From: Trichodelitschia bisporula
Taxonomy: Eukaryota
NCBI GenBank assembly: GCA_010356995.1
Contig: ML996698.1
Location: forward strand, 927,923-970,100
Length of the DNA stretch: 42,178 bases
Reading direction: 5' to 3'
Below the pieces are notes generated by a model. That model saw nothing but the letters and a program-made list of their open reading frames with translations, was not told the origin of the DNA and searched no databases. Of this stretch, positions 1 through 13,080 are shown piece by piece. Both the position numbers and the translations under genes were made by a program. Within the stretch, counting starts at the first letter, position 1, and each line of letters starts with the position of its first letter.

Positions 1-773
1 CGTCCTCTGCCTGGGCGACCTCTTCATCCCCGACCGCGCCGCGGTAAGCCGTCCACCCGCCTCGGACCCCCGCCCTCCATAAGCACAAGCTCACACGCGC
101 AGGACATCCCGCAAAAGGTACGCCCCGCCTTCCACCTCCTACCTGTCACCTAGCCTACCCTCCTAACCCGTCCGCCCTATAGTTCCGCAAACTCCTCTCC
201 CCCGGCAAAATCTCCCAAATCCTCTGCCTGGGGAACCTAACCGACAAACCAACCCACACCTTCCTGCGCTCCCTCGCCCCAGACCTGCAACTCGTCAAAG
301 GCTCCTTCGACACCGACTCCTCCCTCGCGCTCTCCCGCGTCGTGACCCACGGATCGCTCCGTATCGGGTTCACGCACGGCCATACCATAATCCCCCCAGG
401 AGACCAAGATTCCCTCCTGATCGCGGCAAGGCAGATGGATGTAGATGTGCTGCTTTGGGGCGGCACGCATAGATTTGAGGCGTATGAGCTCGAGGGGAAG
501 TTTTTTGTTAATCCGGGGAGTGCGACGGGGGCGACGGCTACGGGGTGGTGGCCGGAGGGAGAGGATCCGGTGCCGAGCTTTGTGCTTATGGACGTGAGTT
601 TATGAGTGTTTTGTTATCAGTGTTTGGCTATGGGTTTGGGGGAAGAGGCTGACACGCGCTAGGTCCAGGGCGATGTGCTGGTGCTGTATGTGTACCAGCT
701 GAGGAAGGATGCGAATGGGGTGGAGAATGTGGGGGTGGAGAAGGTTAGCTTCCGCAAGGGGGGGGTGCAGTGA
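1..773 (+). CDS. VPS29: Retromer subunit Vps29 (5' end lies outside the window); exons <1-43, 103-117, 183-593, 663-773
   Basis: Spliced translation [37 protein letters not shown]...GFTHGH...LLWGGTHRFEAYELEGKFFVNPGSATGA...SFVLMD-VQGDVLVLYVYQL matches Vps29. GT-AG introns at 44-102, 118-182 and 594-662 keep the frame; stop TGA at 771-773. Confidence 0.97.
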
Positions 774-3768
774 GCACTGCGCTCTGGTACGCGGCGAGAC
801 GTAGCGAGGGGAGCCGTAACGTGGAGCCTGAGCTGTAGCATACGCCTTTACGGAGAGTTGGGACGCGCCGCATCCCGGGCGTTTGATATGGGTTCTTTCT
901 TGGACCACACTTGATATCCAATTGCGGGCTTGCAAGCCGTTTTTCCTATCTTGCCGCCTTGTGGGGCTCCATGGACCTTGAATACAGGTCGCCAGCGCAT
1001 CTCGCCGTACATCAATCCTGCATCGAAGCCTTTCGACCCGCCAGATCACTTCGTGTGCCCCACACTGGGTCACCATTCCGGGCAAGATGCACGAGCGCAC
1101 CGAGTACGCCCGGAGCATACCGTTCCATCTCGCGCATCCGCATGGTGTACGATAACCACTACGGCAACAATCCAAGGCAAGTTCCCTCCCCCCGGCGTCC
1201 CTCATTCCCCTCCTCCGCCGCGCCTCGAAACGCAGCACACCTCCCGCAGGAGCAAAGTCGTATCGCGCCGGCAGCCAGCACAATGATCGTAAACAACGCC
1301 GGCATGGGCCGACGATGGTGGGCCCGAGCCGGCGATAATCACAATCATTGTGCTGCCTGCCGGCGTGACACGACCATGTTTCGTCCGAGTCCGAGAGTAT
1401 GCTGCGTTCCCAAGTCCGGAGCCCGTAACCGAGTAGGAACGCTGTAAGAGGTGAGCTTGCCATCCTGTCCAGTCGCCGCAGTAAGTTACTTACACCAATG
1501 CCGTCTCGGGCCCGGCACCATCAGCACATACCGTCTCGCCCCGTTGTCCCCATCCTCCTCCCCGCCCCCAACCGAGACTCGGATCGAAATCAGCACACGG
1601 ATGTACGTCGCCCTGCGTGCTAAAACCAAAGAACAAGTGCACCACCCACATATTCGGCAGTGCTCTTGCTATGTGGTTCTAGCGCGTAAACCGACGTATA
1701 TGCGGATGTTGACCCCGATCCAATTCTGAGCCGGAGGGGGGAGGATGGTTGGGGAGGACGAGGCGAGCTGTGTTGGTCGTAGAGTCCCGTGCCGAATGTT
1801 GGATGTCCCACCCCCACTCAATCCCTATTTTAAACCGATCACCGCTCAGGATATATATACCCCCGCCCGTCAGACACAAGCGATACCAGAACCCCTTCCC
1901 TACTACCCCCAAACCCTCTGGCACGTCGGGCTGGCACTGCGAAGCAGGACGCGAAGCTTCCCGTCCCGCGCCCCCCCCCCCCCCCCTTGGCCCTCTCTCG
2001 CCTCCCTCCCCCATCCCCACAGCTCCACCGTTCCCCCCCACAAAAGGATGAAGTCCTATAGCGAGTGCAGCAGCAGTGTCTACTCATCCATCTTCTGCCA
2101 ACGCGAGGACGGGATGCCGACTCCACTCCGACTTCACCCGCCCGCCCGCCCCACACCCGCACTCCCACTCGTTCCCGCCGTCACAGCACTCCCATTCGCC
2201 GACGCCGGTGTCGAACACGCAACTTCACGCCATAGGCCACGGAGAGTAGGCGTGGTTGGTGCTTAATCTCCGCACGGGGCGTGGGGCGTTGCGTCAGTTC
2301 GCGGTTGGCGAGGAGGGGAGGGGACGGTTGGGGGGAGGGAACAGCGTCGAGCAGGACGGGTCGATGGGTGTCGGTGGGGGGATATATTGACGTCCGTGGG
2401 TCGTATATTGCGGATCGAGCGGATGCCGGGCTGGGGGGTCGGGGAGATGGAGAGTAGGAAGTGGGGGTTTGTGCTTCGTGCGGCGGGGACCGGAATCGGG
2501 GCGGTTAGGGAAGGGACGGAATTTGCTGCCGCTGTGTATTCCGGCGGGTCCTTTGCGTGGTCAGCGTGAACGTGGTCTCGAGAAGGGGAGGGTATGCTGC
2601 CAGGCACGCTACTCCTGCCTGCCCCTCGTTTTCCCGGACGTGAGAGCACGTTGGCCGGTCATTGTCGCACAGCTCCAGAGTGTCTAACCGTTTTGGGCAG
2701 AGACTGCATGGTGGGACATGTGGTGCGCGTGGGGTGGGCAGTGGTGTATGGCGCTCTGGGGGGGAGAGGAGGGTGCAGCGGGCGCAGCTGGCATAGTATG
2801 CCCTCCGTACACGGTCTTGGGACGGTTGTGGACCTGCTGAGACTAGGCTAGGCCTTCGTGGGCTGGGGTGAGCTGGGAGCGATCTCTACCCTGCCCTGCT
2901 GGTGGGTGTGAGATTTTGCAGTAGAGGGAAAGGGCAGAGAGCTTATCGCGGAGGTGTGTCCGACAAGCGTAGTCGAGATGCGGGGTTTGCAGGTTGTTGG
3001 GCCTGGGGATACGTGTGGAGTGGGCGTTTGGGGTAGATGAGAGTGGGGGTGGGGTGTGGTATTGCGGGGTATTCGTGGTGTTGAGCTGATGCAAGGGAAT
3101 GAGGAATGAGGCGGACAGAAGCGAAGCTTCACGGGTTCTGGTGTATCCGGGAGGGCTTGATAGTACCAACGTAAGTAGGGTTATGGGGTGCAAATGCCCG
3201 TGTTGAGCCCTACTCTCTCCCGTCGTTGTGGTGGTCCGCTTCCAGGTGCATCTCCGCTGTCTTCTCGGTACTGCTGAGCGGAGGACACTAGAAAGGGAGC
3301 ATTAGGGCAGAAAGAGGGCAGATGGCGCAAGGTGTGCGCATCAAAGATGGTGCATTGCGTGTTTGGCCTTTGGATCTGGATCGTCGTGGAGGGTAACTCC
3401 AGAGGTGCATCTGCCTGCGCATCGCTTTGCCCTTTTCGCTTCATGTGGTCCAGTTGGTCAATTGCATCTCGGCGAGAGGAAGGGGGAGAGATCTTGGTAC
3501 GACGGTACAGTACTGTGTCTGGACTGGCCTCTGTGGTGGAATATCTTGCTGCCTATCATGCAATCTGGCTGCCTATCATGCATGGCTTCATCGTCTCTTT
3601 GGTCGCATAGCAGGATCTATCCAATCACTTTCTGCTTCTTCAACATCCTCACGATAAGCTGTGTATCCCAAAAGGAAAAAGTGCGCATGGGAATCTCCAT
3701 CGTCCATGCTCACCTGCCGCAGCACCTGCACAATTCCCCCACACTTTCTCCGCGTTCTCCGAATCTCA

Positions 3769-3842
3769 ACTCCGCATCCCACATTCCATATCCATACTCC
3801 GCATCCCACATTCCATATCCCTACTCCGCATCCAACCCTCCA
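3769..3842. repeat. 27-bp tandem repeat (ACTCCGCATCCCACATTCCATATCCMT), about 2.7 copies
   Basis: Units start at 3769, 3796 and 3823. Confidence 0.9.
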
Positions 3843-6800
3843 ATACAAACCAACGATAGGGTCCGGGTCCCATCCTCCCGCCCGCTGCATGATGCGCCGA
3901 GCATAATATCGCTGCAGCGATCACTGCAGCACTCCTTGAAGTCCGTACAATCCTGCGAATAACGAGCAAGGGAATAAACCCACACCTCCCGCTCGGCTTC
4001 CGATATCCCGCCCTCGCATACTCTGCTTCTCCGTCCGCCGAACAGAAACGGGCAACATCTCGGGGCTTGCGCAAGACCCGATGCCCGGCTGACATATCGC
4101 CGTCTCCCCAATCCACGTCCGTCTTCCCCGTTCCAAACTGCCCAGGCCCTCGCAGATAGGACCAATATCCTTTCCATTCCCCAATCCACACATCCTCCGC
4201 CAAACCCTCCCCCTCCGATATCGAAAACTTCCTCTCCCCTCGCCGCAACCCCAAGCCCAACCCATGACCAACCCAATATCTCACCACCACAATGATATCC
4301 TCCCCTCTAAGACGCCAACTCCCAAATTTCTTACCTAACCCCCCAGTCCTTCCCCGCAAATCGCGCAACACCCGCCGCCGTCGTGCGCCAGACACTGTGG
4401 GGAATCCCAGCGGGCCAAGCCCATGCACGGGGTCCAGGCGGGTCCGTGCTGGAGGCTGGGGCAGGACCGTGCGGGGGCTGGGGACAACCGAGTGGAGTGT
4501 TGCGATGCGGGGAGCGGCTGGCGCCCGCTAGCTCGGAGCTCCCTCCTGCAACTTATCTGCCATGCTCACGAACTGCGCCCTGCTTTCGGTTTATCTGGGC
4601 TTGGAGAATGAGTGGAGGGGGTGGTGGTGGTGGTAGTGGTTAAAGGCGCTTACCTGCTTTGAGCCGTGTCATGAGGTACGGGAGGCGCTGGTGCCGCAAT
4701 GGCTGGCGTGCGCACGGATAAGGTTCGTTAGCGTAGCGATGCGGAGCGTGGAGCGGGAGATAGTCGAGCGCGGCTACCGCGCTGGCCAGGTCGGGTGGAT
4801 AGACTGCTTGCTTGTCCGAGCCCATCGTTCCCCGCCGTGCTCCATCGCTCAGATATCGCGATATCACGGCATCCAACGCTCCCGCAACGAACGCCGCGTA
4901 ACCAAGCCGATCCGCACGGTCCGCGTCGGACAGCGCGCTTACGACCCCCGGGCGCTTACCTTTCAATCTACCCCCGAAGAAACATGTCCTGCAGCGAGGA
5001 ATCTCGGCGTGGGGGGCATCCGTTTCCCTAGCACCGTCGTCCTCAGCGCAAAGCAGACGTGACAGATAACACCGCTGGGGCATCCCCGCTTGCTTCCTGG
5101 AGTCTGCGTCCCAACCCCCTCCCCAGTCCGCACCGGCAGCACACCATGATGACGAGCGCTGAGGGCTGCGGGAGGGTTTGGACCAGCCTGATGGGGTTAG
5201 TGAACGCGCGGCTGGAGGGGAGAGAGGGGGGTGGTTAGGATGGGTGTTTTAGGTGTGGGTGTGGCGCTCTGGGGTAGTTGGTAGCGGGGGAATTGGGATG
5301 ATTGTGGCTCTCTCTCACTCTGGGGGGGTTTTGGAATTTCGGAGGCAGTGTGGTGTTAGTGCGGACGTTGGATGCGAAGGTGGGTGTTTTGCATATGCAG
5401 GGGGAGGCTGGGGATGGGGATGGGTGTTGTAGGCATCTTGCGAGAGAGAGGGGGATTGCGCCATGAGAACGACGTTTGGATGTTGGATGCCTCATGAAGG
5501 ATGCGGATTACGGAGGCCGAATTGGTGGAAGGAGCGACAAAGGAAGGATGGCCAGGAACCGAGCTGATGAAGCCACGACGGAGCATCAACGGCAACCGCC
5601 AGCGACACCACAGGCGCTCATCGCGGCACCGAGATCCTCACTAACACCTCCCCCAAACCTCCCAAATTACCCAGCAAAAAACCTCACAAATCACCCCTTC
5701 ACACCCCATTAATCTCCATTCCCAACCAACCCCCACGGCTCGTGCCCTCAATTAAGCGCAAAGTACACGATCAGCCGCACGCCCCCTCCAATCCACTCTC
5801 CAAACACACCCATATCCCCGCCAACGACCAGACAACCGGACATCCAACTCAAAATCCCAGACCACATCAGAAGCCCTGAGCGTCAAACAGCACTCAATCC
5901 AAACAAAGTCCCGCACAGCCACCAAATACGCAGGTCGCCCCGCGGTCCAACCGCATCCTTCAAAGAGCCAACCAACCAACCCACAGTCCAGCAGGCAGCG
6001 GCACACACAATGCAAAAATGCACCACGCACGGGCTTGCTGAAAAATTTTCACAGCCAGAAATTCGGAGTTCATTGACCGGCTTGCATCATACCAAATCAA
6101 CCCGCTGCACGCCGCTCAAACCGGCGCTCCAGCCAGCCCGTGCAACGCAGATAGACAAAGCTCAGACCCCAGAGCCCCCAATTGACGCAGGTTTTCATGT
6201 AGCGTACCCGGACGATGTACACTTTTCCATAGCGTGATGCACGAAACGAAAGTACTTACAGATACTTGCAGCCGCCACTCGCGTAGGGGGGAACAATAGC
6301 CTGAACAAAGGAGGCTGCTTCGGCACGGCTCCCTCCAGGTCTCCATATTTGAGGCTAGCGCCACGGATCCCACGATAGGCTACCGTGGCAGCCGCGTCTT
6401 TATGTTGTCCGCAGGCACGGCAGCGCCGTGCAGTTCGGCTGCCTTATCGACGACGCATGGTTGGGGGTCGAGGTCGTACGGGCCCCCGCTGTGTCTCCCA
6501 GTTGAGAGACCGGGACGGCGTCGTGCCCGGCCCGTACTGAGAATTCGTGCCGTGGATGGGCTGATGATGTTGCACGACAGCTTCCACAGGGCGTGGTGTC
6601 TCACTCTGCTTGTCGAAGAGCAGAGTGTGGGGGAAATTGCCGCGGCTAGAACTAGAACGCGCCGGGCGGTATTGTCGCTAGCGCTGGCCGCGCCGTTCGC
6701 CTTGCCTGACGAGGCTGTATGGGAGATGATGAGGCCACGATTTAGACCGCCCTTGCAAGACGGGAAGGCTATCTGCAGGATCGTCAATCTCGCAGTTCGT

Positions 6801-9069
6801 TTCCTGCGTTTTTGCGGTAGGAGTTGCGTCTCTGCGAGACGAGCCTGGTGCCTACCGATACACCCCGGCCTAGCCCGCACCCCCGATCCCGCGCCTCGCG
6901 CGGAGAATTCCATCGCATTGCAAATCACCATCCTCCCCCCCGCGCGCGCCCCTTGACTCGGCTGCTAGAACTAGAACTAACTGTCTCGGCGTTACTCGTC
7001 CTAACCCCCAGGCGGGAGAGTGCAGATGCGCGCGGCTCTTGGACTTCGCGTGGTGGCGCCACAGTATTTTTGAAGCACGATGGACAAGCGATGCGGCAGG
7101 GGGGTTCGCTTGCGCGCTGCTGAGCTAACCCGCGTTGGCAGGAGGCCGCTTGTCAAATATTCGCAGGGTAGGGCGCAGAACAGGCCGCTAAGGTAAGGGC
7201 AGCGGGAATAGCGATGAAGAGGGGACTATTTCCGGTCATCGAGAACGGAGAGGGGGGTTGCACCGTTGCAGAGGCGAGGGGAGCACATCATGCTGATGGC
7301 AGATGGCGATACGATGCTCATGCGGCGGTATGGCAATGTGATCTCGCCATCTGGTCAGGCACGCACGGCATCTAGGACAGATCTCAGTTCTGAAGCAGCG
7401 GTGCAAGTACTAGCGCGCGCTGGCCCGGCGCGGGACACCAGCAGGGCCGTCGAAACGGCCAGCGGGAGACTCGAGACGACAGCGTTGTTCTTGGAGCGTG
7501 GTATTCCTAGACATGCATCTGCAAGCCGGCCAGGGCAGGAGCAACCGGGATGTTGTTTCTGTGCAGTGGGGCTCCGTCGCCCTGACGGACAGCGGGCGCG
7601 GGGATTTTGGGCCTATGATAAGGGGAGGTGGGCGGGCGTGGAGTGCAGAGATGAAGGCGTGGTTTGTAAAGGGCTGATGTGTGGAGGAGTGCTGTTGGGC
7701 CAGCGAAGCACGGCGCGTTGCTGCGATGTCGGCTGGAAGGGCGCGGTGCTTGGTGCGGGTCGCGATGCTGTTGGTTCGCGGCACGGCACGGGCACGGCAC
7801 GGCAGGAGGATGAGCAATGGGGGGTGGAGAGTGGAGAGAAAGGGCGAGAAAGAGAGGAGTCACAATGCAATGTCCTGCGTTTCTCGACCGCGCGCTGTTT
7901 CGCTCCGCTGGTGACTCGGCCAGGCAGAGGCGCTTAGGAAAAATTTGTTCGGGCGGGATTGGTTTGAGATTAGTGAGTGGTGAGATCACGACATTATGGC
8001 GATACCAAGAAGGTTTACGGAGTACGACTGGGAAAAAAACTGGACTCGGCCTGTCCAAGTATTTCCAAGCACCAGTCGCCAGCCGCCAGTCACCTCCGTG
8101 GCCATGGTCGCGGACTCGGGAAGACGGGTGCTCGGGGGAGTTTGGCGTTGCAGAAAGGAATGGAATGTGCGAATGATGCCGATGAGTGAATTATTCTGTT
8201 TGTCATGGACGAATCGACAGCACTTCCGTCGACATGTTGCTTCATCTTGTGGTACGGACCTGGCTACGGCGTTGCAGAAGAGAAAAAACTCAAATGTCCA
8301 AGGATTTTCCCACCCGCCTGAGGCCGTCACCATTCCCCCTCCACACCAGCCACAGATGCCTCAGCTTTGGCAATGACAGCCTGAGGAACTGGAATTGTGG
8401 CATCCCTTCAACCCCACAAGGACACTAGTCTGGCCCGTGCCTCGTCGACCAGGGAGATCACAGTGATACCGCAGCTGCAGTTACGGGCCCCCCAGAGCGT
8501 CGCTTGACCAACCGCAACCAAATGGCGTGTGGGCTTCATGACGCAACTCTGTTAGCGCTAGTCCTCTTCTTCAACCCTGTCACCCTGGCCTCCACTCTTG
8601 ATGCCTGCCTCTCTGCCCATCCCTAAACAGTCCTAGCTCCTCTCTAAGCCCTTGCTCACCCACTCACACTCCCCAGCAAAGAGCACTGGCCCGTGCTCTC
8701 TACATCCCACGCTCCCCTCCCAGTTTGGGACTAGCCGTGCGCCCTGGGTTCTTCATACAAAGAGTCCCACGGGGCCATGACCAGCGCAGCCTGCTCTTTT
8801 CCCCTCATTCATAAACACTCCAACCACCCACCTCCCCCCCACCTCTCTCTCTCAATCATCAGACTTCACTTCGACATGCGCCTTGGATAAGCTCGACTTC
8901 AACACGCAATTGCCAATTCAGTCTCTCGTCATCGCTAAACCAGCACACCATCTCTTGACACTCTGACGCTCCCTCGCCCTATATAGCCTACCCTCCCTCA
9001 CCACACTGCACCGTTACCGCTAGTCAACCTTCCTTCACATCCAACACCATACCAACCACAATACACACA

Positions 9070-9582
9070 ATGTCTTCCGACATGGACTGGTCCCACGACT
9101 TCTGCCTCAGCTGCGACAACCAAACCACAGACGGCACCAAGTTCTGCTCGCAAGCCTGTCGCCTAGCCGACCTGGAGAAAGCTTCCTACGGGAGCTCATC
9201 ACCCTCCACCCCCGCCACACACCCCACATCCACACCCTCATGGACCCTGCCCGCGCCCTCAACACCCCGCTTCCACCTCCCGCCCGCGCTCAACTTCTCC
9301 TCTGTCCGTACGACGACGCCTGACTCTCCGCCTGTGAGTCCGCGCTCTAGTGTCTCGCCATCCACCTATGCCTCACCGGCCGCAACTCCCTCTACTGCCT
9401 ACGCCCAGCCCTCGAAGCGCGGCCTCAGCCCCTCGAGTAGTCGCTCAAGCCTCTCGTCCATATCAAGCAGCACCAGTTCCACAACCCCCGGTCTCTCCGA
9501 CTCTGCCCTCACTCAGCTGCGCGAGTACTCCGGCGCCTTCGACCAGACGCGGGATTGGCTTCGACGGCGGACGCTCGGGTAG
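9070..9582 (+). CDS. ecl1: Ecl1/2/3-family (extender of chronological lifespan) zinc-binding protein, 170 aa
   Basis: N-terminal FCLSCD-x(8)-FCSQACRLAD cysteine motif, Ser/Pro-rich middle with LSPSSSRSSLSS, and conserved C-terminal LREYSGAFDQTRDW. Start context ACAATG; C/A-rich leader and T-rich 3' region. Confidence 0.88.
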   Translation: MSSDMDWSHDFCLSCDNQTTDGTKFCSQACRLADLEKASYGSSSPSTPATHPTSTPSWTLPAPSTPRFHLPPALNFSSVRTTTPDSPPVSPRSSVSPSTYASPAATPSTAYAQPSKRGLSPSSSRSSLSSISSSTSSTTPGLSDSALTQLREYSGAFDQTRDWLRRRTLG

Positions 9583-10139
9583 TCCGTAAAGGAGTAACTA
9601 CCTTTTGCTTTGAGCGTTCGACGACTTTGATGCTCTGTCCCCCGACGCCGTTATGAAGGAGTTGGATGGAAGGAACAAGGGTGCTTTTGTACAGCATTTT
9701 GGATTTTGGTGCCGCGCATTTTGCATCGTTGTGTGATCGCAGGTTGGGCGTTTTTTGTCTTGCACTCCGCTTTGGCATTTTTGTATAGCAGGCGCTTTGG
9801 CAAGCGCACATCACCGCCGCCACTTTCTTCTCTTGGTTCGATGAGTGTTCGATCTGGCACGCACAAAAAGCATGTAGGGGAATGTTCGAAAAAAGCATTT
9901 TGAGTTTTGTTGTTTCAGGAGTCTATCGCTCTCGTGAGCGGGAGTGGGGATGGTGGCTGCATATTTTGTCTCAATCAGCTTTTTGAGCTGTGTACGCTCG
10001 ATTACAGGTACCGAATTCTTCTCTCTTCTGGCGTCGCAAGTTGTTGCAATGGAGACGCGGTTGTGTTGACTATTTTGGGATCTTTTTGTTCTTTTGGGTG
10101 GTGAGTATGCATGATTCTGGGACGTTTTGGGTTGATACT

Positions 10140-10230
10140 TGGCACTCGGGATATGAGGATTGGGAAAGCATGGGATACGGATGGAATGGGATGGGGACGA
10201 TATGGGATGGATGAGATGGGATGGGATGGC
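10140..10230. repeat. Degenerate (GGGAT)n / GGATG low-complexity tract
   Basis: gggatacggatggaatgggatggggacgatatgggatggatgagatgggatgggatgg. Confidence 0.6.
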
Positions 10231-12639
10231 CTCGCTGGCTCTACTCTAGGGATAGGCAACGGGTGGCGGTTTTCGGTTCGGTCGTTTTGTAGCTAGGCAC
10301 ATCGACGTATACCGTCGCTCAAACACCGGTTTTGGAACACTCCATCTTCTGCATTTGTCTGCATGTGTTTCTTCTGCAAACCATCATCGTACGCGAACAT
10401 CATCACACCGCGACGATCAAAAATCTCCGACCCTCAAAGTACTTTTTCTCAAGTATAAACGCCTAACCCCGCGCACCGCCCTCCCCCCATACTCCGCATT
10501 CTGCCCCTCGCACAAACAGGCGGGACAAGAAAAGTTCATGTCTCACCCGCCAAGCCCCGTCCCCTCCCACACCCCTGCACCTATCAAATTTGCCCCCCAG
10601 AACCTAACTCCCAGCTCTCAGCCTATCGCGCGCCGCAGCCGCTCAGCTCGTCGAAGATTTTTTTTTCAGGGCCGCGCGCATGTGGTTCATTGGGGCGGGG
10701 GCTTGCGCGCGTGGTTCGTGGTTCGTGAGGGTGTGGTGAGCTGGGGGGATGAGGAGGGGGGTGAGAGAGGAGGGTGTGCACGATCACGAGGCGGGTGGGG
10801 AGTTTGGCAGGGCGCTTGTTCAGCATCGAGAAGATTCGCCTGCGTCTAATGACTGGCGCGCTCGCCGAGTTGCTAATATCAAAACTTGAGCAACGCACGG
10901 TCGCAGGAATGAAAATTTTCACAGCGCTGAGCTTGCCGCGCCGCGCGAGCTGAAGGATGAAGCGGTAAGGCGTACGCGCTGACTTTGTCAGCTGCGAGGG
11001 CTTGAGGGGATCCGTACCTGCGGCGCGGGGTGCGGCGGGATCGTCGAGCTGGTGCTGCTGACTTGCGCCTGCTTCGCCTGCCGCGTGAGGGCTAGGAGGG
11101 GTGTAAGCGATGGCGCGCTTAGTGAGCGGGTTTGGATAGGTTTTTTTCTTGAGGATAGCGGGGGAGGGGAATGAGGTGGTGGAGGTGGTGCTATTATCGT
11201 ATCATGGTGTGGAGAAAGGGGGTCTGGGGAATGTGAGTCAAGTCCGGGGAGTGGGGTTGGCGCGGTACGGAGGTAGAGTATGCGAGATTGTGAAGTTTGA
11301 TATCGGAGAGTGGAGCAGGTTGCAGTTCATCCCGGGTAAGCGTTGGCGATCAGCCGTGATCAGTTTTCGGCACGCGTGCTGATCGGGAGGCGAGGAGTAC
11401 GGAACGCGCGTGGAACTGCATTGCTATTTACGGGACAGTCAAAGCTGATACTGCAACTGAAGTTCGTGGCGGACGTTTTTTTCGCCTCACCTCGCTATGC
11501 GGCTTGTTCACAAGGCGGACCTCCCTCCCTGCCTGCCCGCCATATCGCTGAAAATTTGCGGTAAGGCTGACCGACATCGGCGGCCTCGCCTTCGACAGCC
11601 CACGATCATATCTCACCACCAGCTCCCGTACCAGATAATGACATCTGCGTACACTCATCGCGATACTCTGTACTCGGGACCGTCTTAAATCCCCACTCGG
11701 CCCCGTCCCGAGACATGCAGACCCCACAAGCCGCGCCCCGCTCCGCCGACCGGCCGGCATCGCAAGCGCACCGGGTCTTTGGCGCCGAGCCGAGCTAGCG
11801 AACAACGTACGATGCTCCGGCGCAAAGTCTGGGGGTGCGTGCGTGCTGGAAAAGCTGTACTTGCACGCCGTTCTCTCGCGCAGATACCACCTGTCAACTC
11901 CTACGCGACATTCCCCGACCCGGGTCTTCACGGACACCCCCTTCAAGCTAGCCTACTTCCTTCCGCAGACTCTTCCTGCGGCACATGGCATCCACATCGG
12001 GCGCAACCTGCGTGTGGATTGGGAACGGCGTGTGGAGTGACTGGTCCCTTGGGCCTGTCAATCCTCATCCCTACCGCGGCAAGCGCGGGGGCTTGCAGCT
12101 GCTGAATGGGGAGGATTTGACGAGTGGCGAGATTGGGGCTGGCTGCGCGGGGAGGATTGTGGGGGTGGAGTCGGGGAGGCCGGTGGTGTGTGTGGAGTGC
12201 TGGGGGAGTGGGGAGATATGGGAAGTTGTTGCGCTAGATGGGCGGGGGTTTGAGGTGAGTTGGGGTTGGGAGTTTTGACGATGTGCGCTGTGTGCGGATC
12301 GGGCTGTGCACCGCCACTATCGGGACTGGGGTGGGTTTTTTATCCTTGTCCTGCGCATCGGATTTGCGTTGCGATAATGAACGGTACTACTGGCGATCAT
12401 TGGGCAGTCTGGTTCCGTTTGTTTGGATCTGTTGGGAAGATGCTGTTGACGAGGACAATAGCGGTTGCATTGTGGACCGGTACCAACAATGTGGTTAGGT
12501 TCACGACATCACGCAGACGATGGGTATGACGTCAATACCTGAAGCAGGTTGAGTACCGCCGATCGTGAGTTCCAGGCCCGAGGTTAAGGTACGTAAAACT
12601 TAGTTTGGTTCTCAGTGGATATTAAGCCCGCTAGGACGG

Positions 12640-13080
12640 TCCGCCTACTCGGATGGTCCTCATCCATGGAACTGACGATACTGTTGGTAATACGGCCTTG
12701 GATAGAGTGCATTTTCCATCAACCCTTGACTCTGGAGACCCGTTTTCGGATCTCACGATGGGCAATCCGAAGTCCCCCGTGATCCATGACGATGTTGTCG
12801 GCGGTACTCCGGCCTAGAACGCGATGGTCCTCCATCATTCCGACACTCTTGGGGACTTAGTTCTGTACCTCACGATGGGATGCGCAGTCCCTCATGATCA
12901 CTGACGATGCTGTCGGCGGTACTACGGCCTTGGTCATAATGCCTCCTCCATTATCCCGGAGCTTTGGAGACTGGGTTTTGGGGCTCACGATGGGGATGCA
13001 AAGTCCCTCGTGATCCGTGACGATCTTAGTAATGGAGTAGGTGCTGGGGAGGTACCAGGACCATCTTCCATCATAGTCGG
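12640..13080. repeat. Degenerate tandem array, about 115-bp unit, 3-4 copies
   Basis: CTCACGATGGG at 12752, 12869 and 12984; TGACGAT at 12673, 12787, 12902 and 13018. Shared blocks AGTCCC..TGATC and GTCGGCGGTACT.CGGCCT. Confidence 0.85.

Noticed and set aside
3548..3583. 15-bp direct repeat GCTGCCTATCATGCA with 20-bp period
   Set aside because: Simple local duplication with no element between the copies.
6380..8430. Several 100-220-aa ORFs on both strands
   Set aside because: Arg/Gly/Ala/Cys-rich translations typical of random GC-rich DNA, with no recognisable domains or consistent splice models.
10966..10991. GTAAGG...GCTGACTTTGTCAG intron-like string
   Set aside because: Only 26 nt, shorter than any supported intron here, and no flanking ORF.
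12640..13080. CRISPR-like interpretation of the periodic array
   Set aside because: Eukaryotic context, degenerate repeats, mutually homologous 'spacers' and no cas genes.
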